A DNA stretch of 63,282 nucleotides, counting the filler, from Reticulomyxa filosa (taxonomy: Eukaryota > Protista > Foraminifera): NCBI GenBank assembly GCA_000512085.1. It is 20 parts of 20 records of this genome, joined end to end, with 100 filler letters (N's around TTAATTAATTAA, not from the genome) between each part and the next. Parts side by side here need not be neighbours in the genome. Positions count along the whole stretch, not along the records: positions 42,151 to 44,382 come from ASPP01006668.1; positions 44,483 to 45,761 come from ASPP01023721.1; positions 45,862 to 49,915 come from ASPP01032947.1; positions 50,016 to 55,434 come from ASPP01003381.1; positions 55,535 to 58,232 come from ASPP01021163.1; 15 more parts are not named here. One strand, written 5' to 3'. Each line of letters opens with the position of its first letter. Positions within the stretch are counted from its first letter, which is position 1. Both the position numbers and the translations under genes were made by a program. The notes under the pieces were generated by a model. The model saw only the letters and a list, made by a program, of their open reading frames with translations, did no database searches and was not told the origin of the DNA. This document shows positions 42,166 to 55,713 of the stretch, piece by piece.

Positions 42166-42617
42166 GTAAATAAAGGAAAGGTGAAAGGACATATTATGCC
42201 AGATTTCCATAAAAAAAAATTGAAGAAAAAAACACGGAGGAATTGAACAACTGGCTACGTTTTTACGAATTTGGACCAAATTTATTGATGGTCAGTTGCT
42301 TGTTGACTGACGATCCAACGCCCAATAAGAATCTTCATCTTAGGTATAACTTTTATTCTTGTTTTTGTCTTCTATGCTGTGTATTTGCTTAAAAAAAAAA
42401 AAAACAACAACATTATACGCACAGGTTGGAGCGTACTCACTTTTATGCTTTGGAAAAGAATGTTCACGAAGGAGGACAGTACCATTATGACATTACTCCC
42501 GATGAGATCGAATATGAAGGATACTTTTCTTTGGCAGAAAAATTATATCGTATCGAAGATGCCCATGAACATGTAACACAGGATAGTAGTCTGATAAACA
42601 GAACTAAAACACCTTAA
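42166..42617 (+). CDS. C11orf54/PTD012 (DUF1907) homologue, 3' part, possibly degenerate
   Basis: KGHIMPDF, NNWLRFYE, DP...L/RLERTHFY...EGGQYHYDITPDEIEYEGYFSLAEKLYRI. Frameshift in an A-run near 42215. Confidence 0.8.
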
Positions 42618-43385
42618 TTAAAGATCAATCCCCCCCCCAAAAAATAGTTTTTTGGATAAAGATGGAGGAAATTTTTGTTTTCAGTTGCTGTTTTACTTTT
42701 TTCCTCCTGTAAAATGCAACTTCTTTTGGCTGGTCGCATTTGTGTGTGAATATTCCAAAGTTTCTTGCATGTCTATTCGCTTTATTGCACTTGCTTAATT
42801 TTGTTCCAGAACAATTGAAGAGCGAAAATTTATATCAAAAATTCGATGGAGAATAAGGATACACACAACTTTAGATTTAGAAACTTTTCCACACTTCAAT
42901 GCGATCAAATTCGATGTTTGCACTCTGATTTAGAACAATATTACTGACTTTGATTATGATAATTTTGATAAAAAAAATCGTGAATGGGCTATCTACGCTT
43001 TGTTGTACCTTTGCATTTTAACTTGTTGTTTGATCAAAAAAGTAAAATATTTGTAATGTACTTTGGCTGCTGTGTGCCAATATAATCTTCCAGTCGAATT
43101 GAAAGTTTTAGATTGTCTATTGAAACAAAAGTGTCGTTGCGAATATTTTTTGTGAAAATCTACTCCCAAATACTTTTCAATAGGTAGGATATGTTTTGCA
43201 AAATCACTTTGTGTTGTGATTTTTGTAACTACTGAAAGAAATACAAAACTAGCAATATCATTTATTTTATGACTATAGTCTTTTTTTTCTTTTAGAAAGA
43301 GAACGGCACACGTACAAGAGCAGTCAAAAGGAAAGGGATCAAATTTTTTAAAAGTGGAGTGGCTGACAACTGATCAGTGAAAGAT

Positions 43386-44320
43386 GAGTGAACAAACAGA
43401 GACATCATTGTTCAAAATGACTTTATTTGATATTTTTAATTCAGGTCTGTCGCCTCAGGAAGTGGCTGAGTCAAACCTGTGTGAGGAAGAAAAACAACAT
43501 TATGAACAAGATACTTGAAATAAAGTTTTGTAAGCAAAAAAAACAAAGTAGAACGTCTGAGATTAATGCGCATGTTTAGACCCTATGTACCGTATATGTA
43601 TATGCACATATCCCATCAGGCCTAAAAAAGAGAAACCAGAAAAAGAAAAGTCAGAAAAGGAACATGCAAAAAAAGAGTTTAGTGATTTGAATAATTTTTT
43701 GTTGTTTGTGTTTGTGTTTGTGTTCATACCCAGCATGATGAAAGGACTAGTCTAAGACCAAACAAAACACAGGAACAAAGTGACAAAGTTCATGTTGAAT
43801 ATCATGGGTAGAGAAAATAAGAAGGAAAAAAAGAAAATGAAATGGAGCACAGTAATGAATCTAATCAAATTGTTGACGAGCAAGACCACGCCAACTTCAA
43901 AACAACTGCAAGACGAACTAGAAAAATTACAAAGCTTCGAATTATCAAGTGACGAAAATGAAGCGTTGCAAGCACTAATCAAATTGAAACAGTTTTAGTA
44001 TGGGGACAGTAAAGGGAGGGAGGAGAATTGAAAGGCCGAGAGACTCTATTTTTTTTGTTTGCATAACCTCCAAATTTCTAGTGATAGCATATTTTTGCTT
44101 CATCAGCAAAAAACAAATGGACAAATGAATAAACAGAAAAAATCAGGTATTGGAAAAGAAAGTCGAAGATCAGTCGTCCATGTCAATGCACGACGATGTA
44201 TTGGATCGTATGTTAGCATTCAACGTTCGCTCCAAGTTTCCATCAGTCGCCGAATCGATTGAAGAATTTGCAACCATTCGACAAGATACATACAAAGATG
44301 TTCAGTTGTACATACATACA
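43386..44320 (+). CDS. Hypothetical multi-exon protein fragment
   Basis: Coding-like charged ORFs (43780-43998, 44150-44338) separated by intron-like sequence. No family recognised. Confidence 0.3.
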
Positions 44321-44482
44321 TTCACACAAAAAATATAGATATGAATGCAAATACAAATACAAATACAAATACAACTATGTCANNNNNNNNNNNNNNNNNN
44401 NNNNNNNNNNNNNNNNNNNNNNNNNNTTAATTAATTAANNNNNNNNNNNNNNNNNNNNNNNNNNNNNNNNNNNNNNNNNNNN

Positions 44483-45143
44483 GATTGATCTTTTTCATAT
44501 GAAACGACATTTAGCTTAATTTTTTAAAAATATCCATAAGTCGTGTAGTTTTAAAATAGATTTTGGTTTTTTGAAAAATTTGAATATTTTATTGATTTTT
44601 GAAAATATTTGAAGAGTTAAAAAAAGAAACAAAAAATGGCAAAAGAATTTTATGTAAGAATATTATAATTTAAACGAAATCTTTTTTAAATTTAGTTTTT
44701 GTTTTTTTTTTTACTTTTGTTTTTTTAATATTGTGTTCAATTTTTTGGCTTGTAATTTAAAAATTACTTTTTTTTGCATAATCTATACTACCAATATTAA
44801 ATAGATAAATGTTGCCAAAAATAAATTAGCAAAAAATTTATTTTTCCAAAATAAACACCATTTTGGTTATTATAGCCATTTTAGAGGATAAAAAGAACAT
44901 AAAAGAAAAATAACAACAAAAATGGCAAAAATTTAGCAATTCTTTATAAAAACGAAAATTCTGTCGAAAAAAGGATTTAAATTTTCAAATAATTAGAAAG
45001 ATTTAATAAAAAATTAAATTATATTTAAAAACTACACGATTCGTGGATATTTTTAAAAAATTACTAAATGCGTTTCTTTATGAAGAAAATCAATTGTCTC
45101 TATAAAGTGCCGTTTTAGGTGTCACCTTTCTTTTGCATTACTG
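44483..45143. mobile_element. Non-autonomous TIR element (MITE-like) of the Tc1 family at 53327
   Basis: Left arm AAAAATATCCATAAGTCGTGTAGTTTTAAAATA is inverted to right arm TATTTAAAAACTACACGATTCGTGGATATTTTT. Right end CTCTATAAAGTGCCGTTTTAGGTGTCA..TTACTG resembles 54332-54357. Confidence 0.7.
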
Positions 45144-45309
45144 ATTCATGTGTTCATGCGAAATCTTCAAAAATTATGTGAAAAAAAGATGTTTTCATCC
45201 AATTTTTAAAAAGTTATTATAAAATCAATTATTATATTTTAAAACTACAAGATTCAACCTTGTTTTATATTAACTAAATAGCATAAAGACTAAATAATGG
45301 AAAACATAG

Positions 45310-45400
45310 TTACAGTAGAAAAAAAAAAAAGCTGACACCACTTTATGAAAATGATTGATTTTCTCCATAAAAAACAATATTCAATAAAATTTTTTTTATT
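45310..45400 (+). mobile_element. Solo TIR fragment of the same family
   Basis: TACAGTAG(A)nGCTGACACC...TGATTTTCTCCATAAAAAACAA: a Tc1-like TA|CAGT terminus similar to 53327-53390. Confidence 0.55.
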
Positions 45401-48400
45401 TAAAGAAAAATGGTACTTTTTCAAATTTCTAAACTAAAAACTAATTAATAAACTTATTTAAAAAGCAACAAGATATTGTTAAAAAAAATTATGATCAAAT
45501 ATTTGTTTTTCGTGAGTAAATTGACTATCTTCATAAAGTAAACATTTTCTTTTTCCCTCAAGATGACGAAGGAGTTATTTAAACAAAAAGTATGAATTTA
45601 TTTCATCATGTTAAAAAAAAAAGGATAACATAATCCTCTCAAAATTATTTTGAAAAAAAATTGTAATTTTCATTTTTTTTTATTTAAGATTGACATAATG
45701 TAATTTCAATAAAATGTGTTTTTCTTTCAACTTCGTTCAACTTTTTTCCTTCCCTGTCTTTNNNNNNNNNNNNNNNNNNNNNNNNNNNNNNNNNNNNNNN
45801 NNNNNTTAATTAATTAANNNNNNNNNNNNNNNNNNNNNNNNNNNNNNNNNNNNNNNNNNNNACCTTTCAAATGAAAACTAGTACCTCATTATTGTTCCTT
45901 GACATCTATGACTTTTTAAGTTTTCTAAGCTTTTCTTACGAGCTGTTGCAACGAAAATACAGTACAAGACCTTCTAAAGTTAAGTTGAATATTATCCAAC
46001 TTTTTTTTATTTTGAAATAAATAGCACACAAAATAGATTTTAAATGAAACAAAAAAGGAAGTCGAGGCATAATACTGTGCAGAAAGTAGCACTAAGTCCA
46101 CAGCCAAATAATTTTTGATTTTCCAATTCACAGTTAGAACTATTTCTCAATTTGATTACACTCGCGTGGCTACAAGTCACAGTTCACATCAAATTTCCCG
46201 CACACATTGAGCAGCAAGCATGCAACCAAAGAGAAATGTCTCACACAAATTCCAATAACACTCTCTTTGATTTCATGTACTTGTCAACATCACTTTCAAG
46301 TTCATTCTTGGACAATACGTTGATTTTTTTAAATACCTGCTGGCCATGCATGCGTAAGCTCTTGCTTTTGCAAGCAATCAATGGCTTCCTAAACAATTAG
46401 CCCTCTTTCGTCGAAATATATTTACAACTGCTTGGAGGAAATATCTAATTTATATTTGAAACTTAGTTCCTGTATTGACACAGAAACTTTAAATATTTGA
46501 GTCAATGATTCAAAGTCTCCTAGTTTTCGATGAGCTGTTTGGTTCTTTTTTTACTTGATAGAATTGGCTTGTTTATCAGGTAATGTGGAAGTTGAATTTG
46601 TTTTAATATTTTCGTTTGTCTTCTTCATTTGTGATTTTATCGTTTTCAATGCTTGTATTTTATAAATTAATTTAAATTTGCTTACAAAAAAAAAGACAAC
46701 AATATTACCACTAATCAATTTGAGATCACACAACAAACAAATATTTTTTAAAAAGCGTTTGTAAAAATTAGAAATGAAAATAAAATAATTCTGATACCTT
46801 CTTTCCAAAGGTAATTGAATCAATAAATCGAAGAATAAATAATCCAATCATTTCCTTGCTAATCAGATACAATGAACTGGAGAAAAACAATCTACTCACA
46901 ATTTTAATATTTTCCATTCATCTCTTTTTTTTGTAAAAATATTTTTCTTGTAGTGCATATTCTCTATTATTGATTAAAGATGCACACTATTTGCTTCCTT
47001 TCGTTACGATCTTAATTTAATATTGAGGATATCTTTTTAATTATTATTAACAAAACTCTAAAACTTCACAAGTGCAATTTTATATCTATTTTTTAAATTT
47101 AGCTGTTAATCTATCAATCCATTTGGATTTAATTTCTTTTTTCATTTGATAGATAAATCATTAAATATTAATTAAAAAGTGAGTGTTGTTTCATAGATCA
47201 AAAACACACTTTTTATTGAGACTAGTAGTTAATGAAACAAAAGGACTGATTTCAAAATGAATAAAAAAGGATCTCGAACACAATAATGGTGCAAAAAGTA
47301 ACATCGAATCCACAGGTACAATAGCTTGTAAGTACTAAGGAGAAGAAGTCTCTTTTGTTTATATTTTATTTTGGCTAGTAATTTTGACGATGAAAAACAT
47401 TCCGGTGGGCTGTTGATGTCGTAAATCTTAGCAGATACATCTAATAATGGAATTATTGCACTTGCCATGGTTTGACTGTTTAACGAGAGTAGCACATTCC
47501 TTTTGCTATATCTACGAGCTTATGTGCTAGTACACTGTCGTCTATTTCTTGATTGTTTTGGCAACTTTTGGATAAATAATTAACATTCCGGTTGGTGCAC
47601 ATGATGTACAAAAATGAGCAACTCCTTTTTTTTATTGTAATTTTCTCATTCAAATATAAATTGCCTTATGTTCGAGTGTCTCTTGACATTAGGAACGTTG
47701 TATTTTTAATTTCTTAAAATAAATGAACAACTTGTTTACAGGTTCATCAATATATTCTTTTTAAAATTAAACCCAAGTAATTATCGATTATACGGCTGCA
47801 CTTCAGGCACTAAAAAAATGAAATAAAACAAATAGCTAGAAAATGTGCTATTCATAAAGTAATTGAAGCTCCATATATAAGTCATGGACAACCAAAGACA
47901 AGTACAGTGAAGAAGGGGATTTAAATTAATCTCTTGGAAAAACTCCTCGATATTGCTTATATATATAAAATGCAAAACTTTCCAGATTTGTCCCGATCAT
48001 CCCTGCTTAAAACAAAAGTACTTGATCCATTGAATGCAACAGAAAAGCTGCATGATGATGCTTGGCCTTTCAAAAGCAAGGTCCAGCGCAGTGGCCGCGT
48101 GTCTCGTCTTTGGATGGCAAAACGTATCGGCAAGTAATAAGCCGTCAGTGACTCTGACATCTTCATTGGAGAAGGCGCACGAAATCTACAGCGTAGAACA
48201 CAGCGCAGTTACATTGAACCACAATCACTCAATGTACATATTCAGCAGTTGGAACGATCAAGAAGAGTATTTGGATTTTTGCTTAGCATTCTCGCAGTCA
48301 AGAAGAGACCACATTTATTAAAATGGGTATTATCTGCTGCTTTTCAGAGGATAGTCTCATAATTATAATAATGGAATGTTTCAAAGGAATCATTATAGGT

Positions 48401-50141
48401 GTGTTTGACGTTTGATTCATTTTCACTTTTTTTTTTACAATTACGATATATAATCATAAAATATTTTGTATGATTATTTTGAAATGATTCTCCTTTTTTT
48501 TCACTTGATATAATATCATTAAGTGGCGTGTTTCATAAAAGTATGTTTGAAAAAAACAGCAATAAACATTTATCTTTTATGTAAACTAAATAATAAATTT
48601 TTTGGATAAAAAGCAATCTCAAATTTGAAACTATTTTGGTAAGAACAGTTCAAAAATTTGCAGAAAATTTTAAAAAATATCAAACAATTGGAGAAATGAA
48701 ATCGTTAAATTAAATAACAAAAAAAGATTCATTCAACTCTAGCACAAATTTTTTTTAGAAGTTCAGCAAAACAAACACTTCACATGATGGCAACTAAATC
48801 AAATCGAACGAGAGTTTTTTTCAGCCCACAGTTGACAGTGTCTCAATTTGGTACACTTACACACAGCCACAAATGAACTGTCTCGCACAGTCGCAACCAT
48901 ATTTCAAATCAAATTTCGCATCATCGACAACATGTAGCCAAGAGTGATGTTCTCACATAAATTCCAATAGTCCTTCTTCGAGTTCGTGTGCTTGTCGACG
49001 TACTTTCTTTTCCATTCTTGAACAATGCCTTGCTCTTTTCTCTCCGCTGGTCGTGTCTATGCTGGTTTGCGCAAGCTTTTATTTTTTACGGATCATTGAT
49101 AAATATTGTGTCAATGGCATTTTGGACAAAGGATCACACAATCAGGTCTCTTTCATTGTAATAAATTGACAGGAGGCTATTATTCTCTTTCTACTTCTTG
49201 ATCCTATGCATTTTACATTAATCATGAGATATTTTCTTATAGCTAAAGAGAAAAAAAACAAATGATTTTTAACTTGAATAACTTTGAGCAAATCTTATAT
49301 TAACCAATTTTGACAGCACGCCAATTGAATTATGACATATTACAAGTTTCATATCTTCCATCAAACCAACACGGACGCCATACCAACTTGAATCGCTGAA
49401 GTTAGTCCATGCACCTGGCGTGTGACATCGGAGGCACGTATAAAATTATGAAAATACCGGACTGATCGGATATTGATGTTCGCCGCTTTTTTCGTGTATT
49501 TGACATGATAAATTTTGGGAGTGAAAGTTGTGTTTGGCTGCAAACACATAACACTACATTGCTACTTGTGTTCATTGTCTCCATGTACATCATCTATATG
49601 CACCTCCAATGAATTTATTCTGTTGGTCCTCTTCATTCGCATTGCCTCTGTGTGGACATCGACAAATGCCTTGCTTTATGCGTATACTGCACATCGAGAG
49701 TGAAATACAACTCTTTCGTCCATTACATGGAACTTCTATCATTTGCGATACCAATTTCACGAGCTTTTTCTGTAACTTGAGCAATGCAGGATGGTATGTC
49801 ACAGTGACATTTTTTGCGTAATGACGACTACTTCACTATCTCCATAATTCCTTGCTGCCGTTGTCCAATGGTAAAATCACATTTACATTCACTACAATCA
49901 CAGAAAGGTTTTCTCNNNNNNNNNNNNNNNNNNNNNNNNNNNNNNNNNNNNNNNNNNNNTTAATTAATTAANNNNNNNNNNNNNNNNNNNNNNNNNNNNN
50001 NNNNNNNNNNNNNNNTGAAGTCAAAGATTGGTGAAACGCAAATGTATTAAAATTATTGCACCATATAGATACATTGAAAGAAAAAAAAATCGCTTGGATT
50101 GTGTAATGTTTTTTTTAAGGAAATATACAAAACCTTTATTT

Positions 50142-51635
50142 TTATTGATTCAAACTTTCCACTTTTTCTTTTGCTCGAGATGTGCTGTAACTCCATTCTC
50201 CAAACACAATACTATATGCTCTCCATGCCTCTTTAAAATATTTGCGTGCCTGTTTATCGTTCTTTAACTTTTCAAAAATGATTCCCAGCTGCCAAAATAT
50301 ATTAGCAATATTTATATTACAGCAACGCCAACCGAAACAACTGTACGAGTCATCAATATTAGTATGGTTAATTCCAAAAATTTCAAACATAATTTTTAGT
50401 GCAATTTCATAATCTTCTACTGCTTCGTTGTAAAGTGTTTTCGCTTGATGAGCATTTCCTAAATTCTCATATGACCAAGAGGTATCAACATGGTTGGCTC
50501 CAAAAATTGCTAATTTAATTTCTAATGCTTTTGTATGGTATTCGATCGCTTTAGCATACGACCGTGCTTCATATACAAATGCAACATTTTCATATATTTT
50601 TGCAAGAAAATAGCAATTGCTTCCAAAACAATTCGATATAATTGTTTGTGCCTTGCTAAAATAATCAATCGCTTTTTCATATTCTCCTTTGTTGCCATCA
50701 TAAAAAGTCCCAAGTTTGTTGTAAGCAATAGCAACGTAATGGTGATTTAAGCCAAAAATGTCAATTGCAATTTGCAAATATTCTTGAAGATACACAAAAG
50801 CTTCGTTAAATCGCTCTTGGTTTTCATATTCATATCCTTTATCCTCAATATCTTGTAATTGTATTGGAATATCGTGATGTATTTTTGTATTCCATGGAAT
50901 TGAAGAAATTGATTGCTTCAATTGTTCATCCACAATGGCATTCTTTGTAACAAATATCTGTATTGTAATGCTTACTTTCTCTTTACATTCAAGTTTGCAA
51001 TCGATGACATATACGTTTCCATCAATATTTACTCGTTCCAATACAATGCATTTTCTTCTTATTATATACATACGGTACTCGCCAAAGTCCCTTATATCAT
51101 CTTCTTCATTGCTTATTAACTTTATAATTGAAGAATGATTATCATTTCTATTTTTCCATTTCAATGTGTTGTATGTAACAACAATTAGTCCCTGCTTGTT
51201 ACTATGCAACATCTCTTCAACTGTTTTTGCTGCTTCTGCATTTGCTTTTCTCCATTTTATGTTCCAATACTTTTTGAAACCTAATGCTTCTGGAGCGTTG
51301 TCTTTCGTGATTATTGGCTGTCTAACTTTATTTAGTTTTGGATATACTTTATTTAATATCAATATTTTTCTAAGAGATATTTTATACAATGAAAAAAAAC
51401 CTGGTTGAAATTGAACAGTCAAATTCACTGCGTCATTTTTGAATGCTTGGATCACATTTTCATCACTTTCAATACAACTACCACTTCTATCAACGATTGT
51501 CATTGTCACGTTCTCTGCGTGTTTTGGTTGAGTAGCCTGGAGGATTTGCTGCTTCAAATGCTCCATTGTCAAGTCATGCAACAGTATCGTATGTACTTTT
51601 TCTTCATCATTCACATACGCCTTATATGAAGACAT
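50142..51635 (-). CDS. TPR protein with PB1-like N-terminus and lineage-specific middle domain
   Basis: Likely start MSSYKAYVND at 51635. Long TPRs HHYVAIAYNKLG...AIDYFSKA and HVDTSWSYENLG...ALKI. A probable in-frame intron lies near 51403-51350. Confidence 0.85.
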   Translation of the reverse strand: MSSYKAYVNDEEKVHTILLHDLTMEHLKQQILQATQPKHAENVTMTIVDRSGSCIESDENVIQAFKNDAVNLTVQFQPGFFSLYKISLRKILILNKVYPKLNKVRQPIITKDNAPEALGFKKYWNIKWRKANAEAAKTVEEMLHSNKQGLIVVTYNTLKWKNRNDNHSSIIKLISNEEDDIRDFGEYRMYIIRRKCIVLERVNIDGNVYVIDCKLECKEKVSITIQIFVTKNAIVDEQLKQSISSIPWNTKIHHDIPIQLQDIEDKGYEYENQERFNEAFVYLQEYLQIAIDIFGLNHHYVAIAYNKLGTFYDGNKGEYEKAIDYFSKAQTIISNCFGSNCYFLAKIYENVAFVYEARSYAKAIEYHTKALEIKLAIFGANHVDTSWSYENLGNAHQAKTLYNEAVEDYEIALKIMFEIFGINHTNIDDSYSCFGWRCCNINIANIFWQLGIIFEKLKNDKQARKYFKEAWRAYSIVFGEWSYSTSRAKEKVESLNQ

Positions 51636-51959
51636 TCCTAGAATATCAATTTCAAAAAAGAATATCTGGAAACTACAAAAGGTCCCCAACCGCAGATTCA
51701 CGTGATTTTTAGAATAGTTAACAGACTTGTACTTATTTTTTAAAAAATTGAAAATTTGCAAGCTTTTGTTAGTTGATTCAAGTGGATATAGCAGATTCAT
51801 ATTTTGCAAACAAAGAGTTTGACGAGATTGAAATTATTATTGTGTTGTCGATTGGAGGACACAATTTAATATTTATTTGCCAAAAAGGACATTACATTCT
51901 TTTTGTTGTTGAAAAATAACATTAATACCAATTCTAAAAATGTATCATATTCAAACGAT

Positions 51960-52700
51960 AAAACATCCGAATATATGATGTGCTATCAAGAAAACAGCTT
52001 CAATATTGGAAGGACATTCAGATGTGTGAATACAGTGCGATTTTCACCAAATGGTTCCACACTTGTGACGTTCATATGATAGAATAATTCGAATATGGGA
52101 TATACCACATAAAGACAAATTCAATTATTGGTGGACATTCCGCTATTGTAACTGAAACACAATTTTTACCAGATGATATAAAATTATACCTTGTCCCTGG
52201 GATAATGATATTAGGCAGCGTGATGCATTATCTAGCAAACAAACTCAGACATTTGAAAAACATACAAATTTGGTTCGTGGAACGCAACTTTCGCCAGATA
52301 GTTCTAAATTTGTATCGTATTTATATGACAAAACAATCGGATTATTGGATATGTTATCGGGAAAACAACTTTCTTATTCAAAGAAAATGAAGAGATAATT
52401 GAATTACAATTTTCTCCAGACAATAATACAATTTCGTCTTGTTCAAAAGATAAGACATTTGATTGTTGAATATATTGACTAAAAACAAATTCAAATATTA
52501 AAAGGGCATTCCAATTATATAAGAGGAGTAAATTTCATCAAATGACTCAAAATTTTTCATCTTTACATAACAAAGCCATGAAACTGAAAGTATTAGTTAA
52601 ATTGGCTAACAAAAATGGCATTTTTGATTGTTTGTAGGGCAAGACCATACTATAGAAGGCGGAACTCTAAAGGACTTGATGGATCACTAGTGAGATAAAC
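51960..52700 (+). pseudogene. Heavily degraded WD40 gene
   Basis: Fragments LEGHSD, VRFSPNGST, IRIWD, FSPDSSKFVS and LKGHSNYI in broken frames. Confidence 0.75.
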
Positions 52701-53326
52701 TTCTTAACAAACTTTACTCACTTTTTCTTTGCTTTTCTTTCCTTTTGTTGTCATTATTCTTTTTTATCTAATTTACTTTTGTTTTATTGAAAACAGCTCT
52801 CAATAAGAAATCTGCAGTATTACGCTTACTAACTTCTGCATCCAAGCTTCCAACATGTTCGTAGTTATCAAATAATTGAACTCATTTGTCTTGAGATTTA
52901 CAGTGCCCTTATTTTTTGCTTTCTTTTTTCCAAATCATCCTTTAAAGCAAAAGTTTTTTATTCTGTATTAGACATACAGAAGTAGTATTATTTATAATAT
53001 AATGTGTGTAAATAAATTGACGAAAATAAACTAAATTAGCAAAAATCATTTAAAAAAATTTATTATTGTCAAGCTCAAGAAATATAATAAATAGAAGAAA
53101 ATTTTTTTTGAAAATGATCTTCTATCACAATGAACAGCAATATTGAAAAGAAAAGAATTAATATTTTCATTTTAATAGACTTGTATAACATCCAGGTGCA
53201 AATATTGTGTTATTAGCAATAATGAAAGATTTTATTGATATATTTGACAGCAACTTCACTAAAAATATAATCTGCAAATGAGATTACAATATCCTTTGTG
53301 AATGAATTTATGATTATGTTCCAGAG

Positions 53327-54380
53327 ACCTAAAATGCCACCTTATATGGATGATTGTGTTTCTCCATGAAAAAACAACATTTAATCAAAATTTTAAAAAA
53401 TATCTACGAATCGTATAGTTTTTAAATATCATTTGTTTTTTATTAAGTCTTTTCAATTTTTTCAAAAATTTTAATCTTTCATTTACTTTAAAAAAATTTT
53501 TTGTGGTTGCCTGAGTATGGTAAGATTTGTTTTTTAAAATTTAATTCAAGTTTACCAACGTGTTAAATCTATTTTGACTTTTTTAACTTCATGTATTCTC
53601 TTTGGTATCGATTTTATTAAGGTTTTTATTTTTTCACATTCTGTTTCGAATTAGTTCCAAAGTTCTTCCGTAGTATTAAATGGTCCTTTTCTTTGAATCC
53701 TTGTCTTTAATATCCACCAAAGATTTTCAATTGGATTTAAAGCAGGTGAATTTTGAGGAAAATTCATTATTTTTTTTTTTTGTTTAACCATTTCATAATT
53801 TTTTCCGACTTATGGCATGTTGCATTATCTTGCTGGAAATCCAATATTCTTTATTTTATAAGCAGAAATTGACGCTCTTTAGCATTTCGTCAGATAAAAA
53901 TTATATATATAAGTATTTACTCCATCTTACAAGCGTAACCTGTTTCTAATGCCCCAAAATATGGACTGACTAAAATGCTTCCACCACATTTTGCTATTTT
54001 TATATGAATTTTCATCTAATCAATATTTCGGACAAAATAATAAAATGATAATAATCAATATCGAACAACTAAAAAAAAAAGGAAAATATCAAAAATTGTT
54101 TAAAAAAGATTGTCAAATTTCATGACTACGAGAAAAATACGATTGTCAACTTTTTTTAAGAAATTTTACCAAATCAAATGAAAGATTAAAACTTTTTAAA
54201 AAATTGTAAATACTTAATAAAAAACTAAATTCAAAATGATATTTAAAAACTACACGATTTGTAGATATTTTTTTAAAAACAAAAAAAAATTTTGATTAAA
54301 TGTTGTTTTTTCATGGAGAAACACAACCATCTCTATAAGGTGGCATTTTAGGTGTCAACTTTCTTTTTTCTCTTATAGTA
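53327..54380 (-). mobile_element. Tc1/mariner (IS630 superfamily) transposon relic with long TIRs
   Basis: TIRs ACCTAAAATGCCACCTTAT..GTGTTTCTCCATGAAAAAACAACATTTAATCAAA at 53327 and the inverse at about 54240-54357. Internal minus-strand FQQDNATCH and FPQNSPALNPIENLW...KTLIKSIPKRIHEV, with stops. Confidence 0.88.
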
Positions 54381-54824
54381 TATGAAAGTACTCTTTTTGT
54401 GCATCACTCGATCATATTAATGTTTTTGTTATTTTACCTGCCCAAGTGATGTAAAGGCATATAAAATATGACATCATGAAGGATATATTCGCTTTGCACA
54501 AGCCACAGCAGATAAAAGTATCTTAAACTGAACTATTACTGAGATATTAAAGACTATCTTTAATTTTTTTGAATTACTGATCATTCATATTTTGCTTCAG
54601 GAGAAAATGTTGTTTTTGATAATGTACCGCGTTGCCCTTTTTACTTTATCCTGTTTTGAGTGTTCAATACTATACAAAAAACAATCTAAAATATCATCAT
54701 TGAAGAAAACACAATACTTGAAATATCTTGCCATTTACTTTGCTATTTGAACATAATTTTCATTTATTACTAGTCGGACTTTTCAAAGAAAAACATTTTC
54801 ATTTCTTATTGGACAAAAAGTGAA

Positions 54825-55434
54825 TTATCCACAAATATGAATGGAACCATTATTTGAACCATAACACAAGTTCAAATTATGTGCGACATTCATTGTCTTT
54901 TCTTTTTCTTTCAATCTAATAAATTTAAGACAAAATATTCCATTATCTTCTTTATTATCTCCTTTGATCATATACAATTCATTCTTATTTGATCGAATAT
55001 CCCAAAAACGAATTGTATTATCAAATGATCCAGAACATATTACATTTGAATTACCACTACTATTCTTTATTACAAATAGTGAATATTCAACAGACCATAC
55101 TTGATTTGTATGTCCATTGAACACTTGGATTTGTTTACCAGATCGAATATCCCACAAACAAACATTTTTATCATCTGACCCAGATAATATTGTATTTACT
55201 AATTTATTTGATCCATATTTTACACTCCTCACAAAACTGTCATGTCCTTTGAATACATTCAATTGCTTAGTTGTTTCAATATCCCATATTCGAATGGTTT
55301 TATCATATGATCCAGAACAAATTGTATATCCATTTCCACCAATCACACCAATATTATTCATTTTATTATTATTGTTTTTACTGCTTTGTAATGGTAAATT
55401 CAACACACCAAACAGCCTTTTCATGTCCATTGAA
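54825..55434 (-). CDS. WD40 repeat protein, 5'-partial
   Basis: GGNGYTICSGSYDKTIRIWD, GHDSFVRSVKY, GHTNQVWSVEYS and ICSGSFDNTIRFWD. Confidence 0.85.
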
Positions 55435-55713
55435 NNNNNNNNNNNNNNNNNNNNNNNNNNNNNNNNNNNNNNNNNNNNTTAATTAATTAANNNNNNNNNN
55501 NNNNNNNNNNNNNNNNNNNNNNNNNNNNNNNNNNATTATGAAAAATTAAAAACAAACAAATAAAAAATTGAATGCTAATTGTCAGTGTTCATGCAAGGTG
55601 CAATGATATAAAAAGGTGCAAAAAGATTTAATTGTGTTGAGGACAAAAAAAAATATCAACTAACAGGCGTATTATGAAGTACGTAGTAGGGTAAGTAATA
55701 TTAGTGTACTCTT

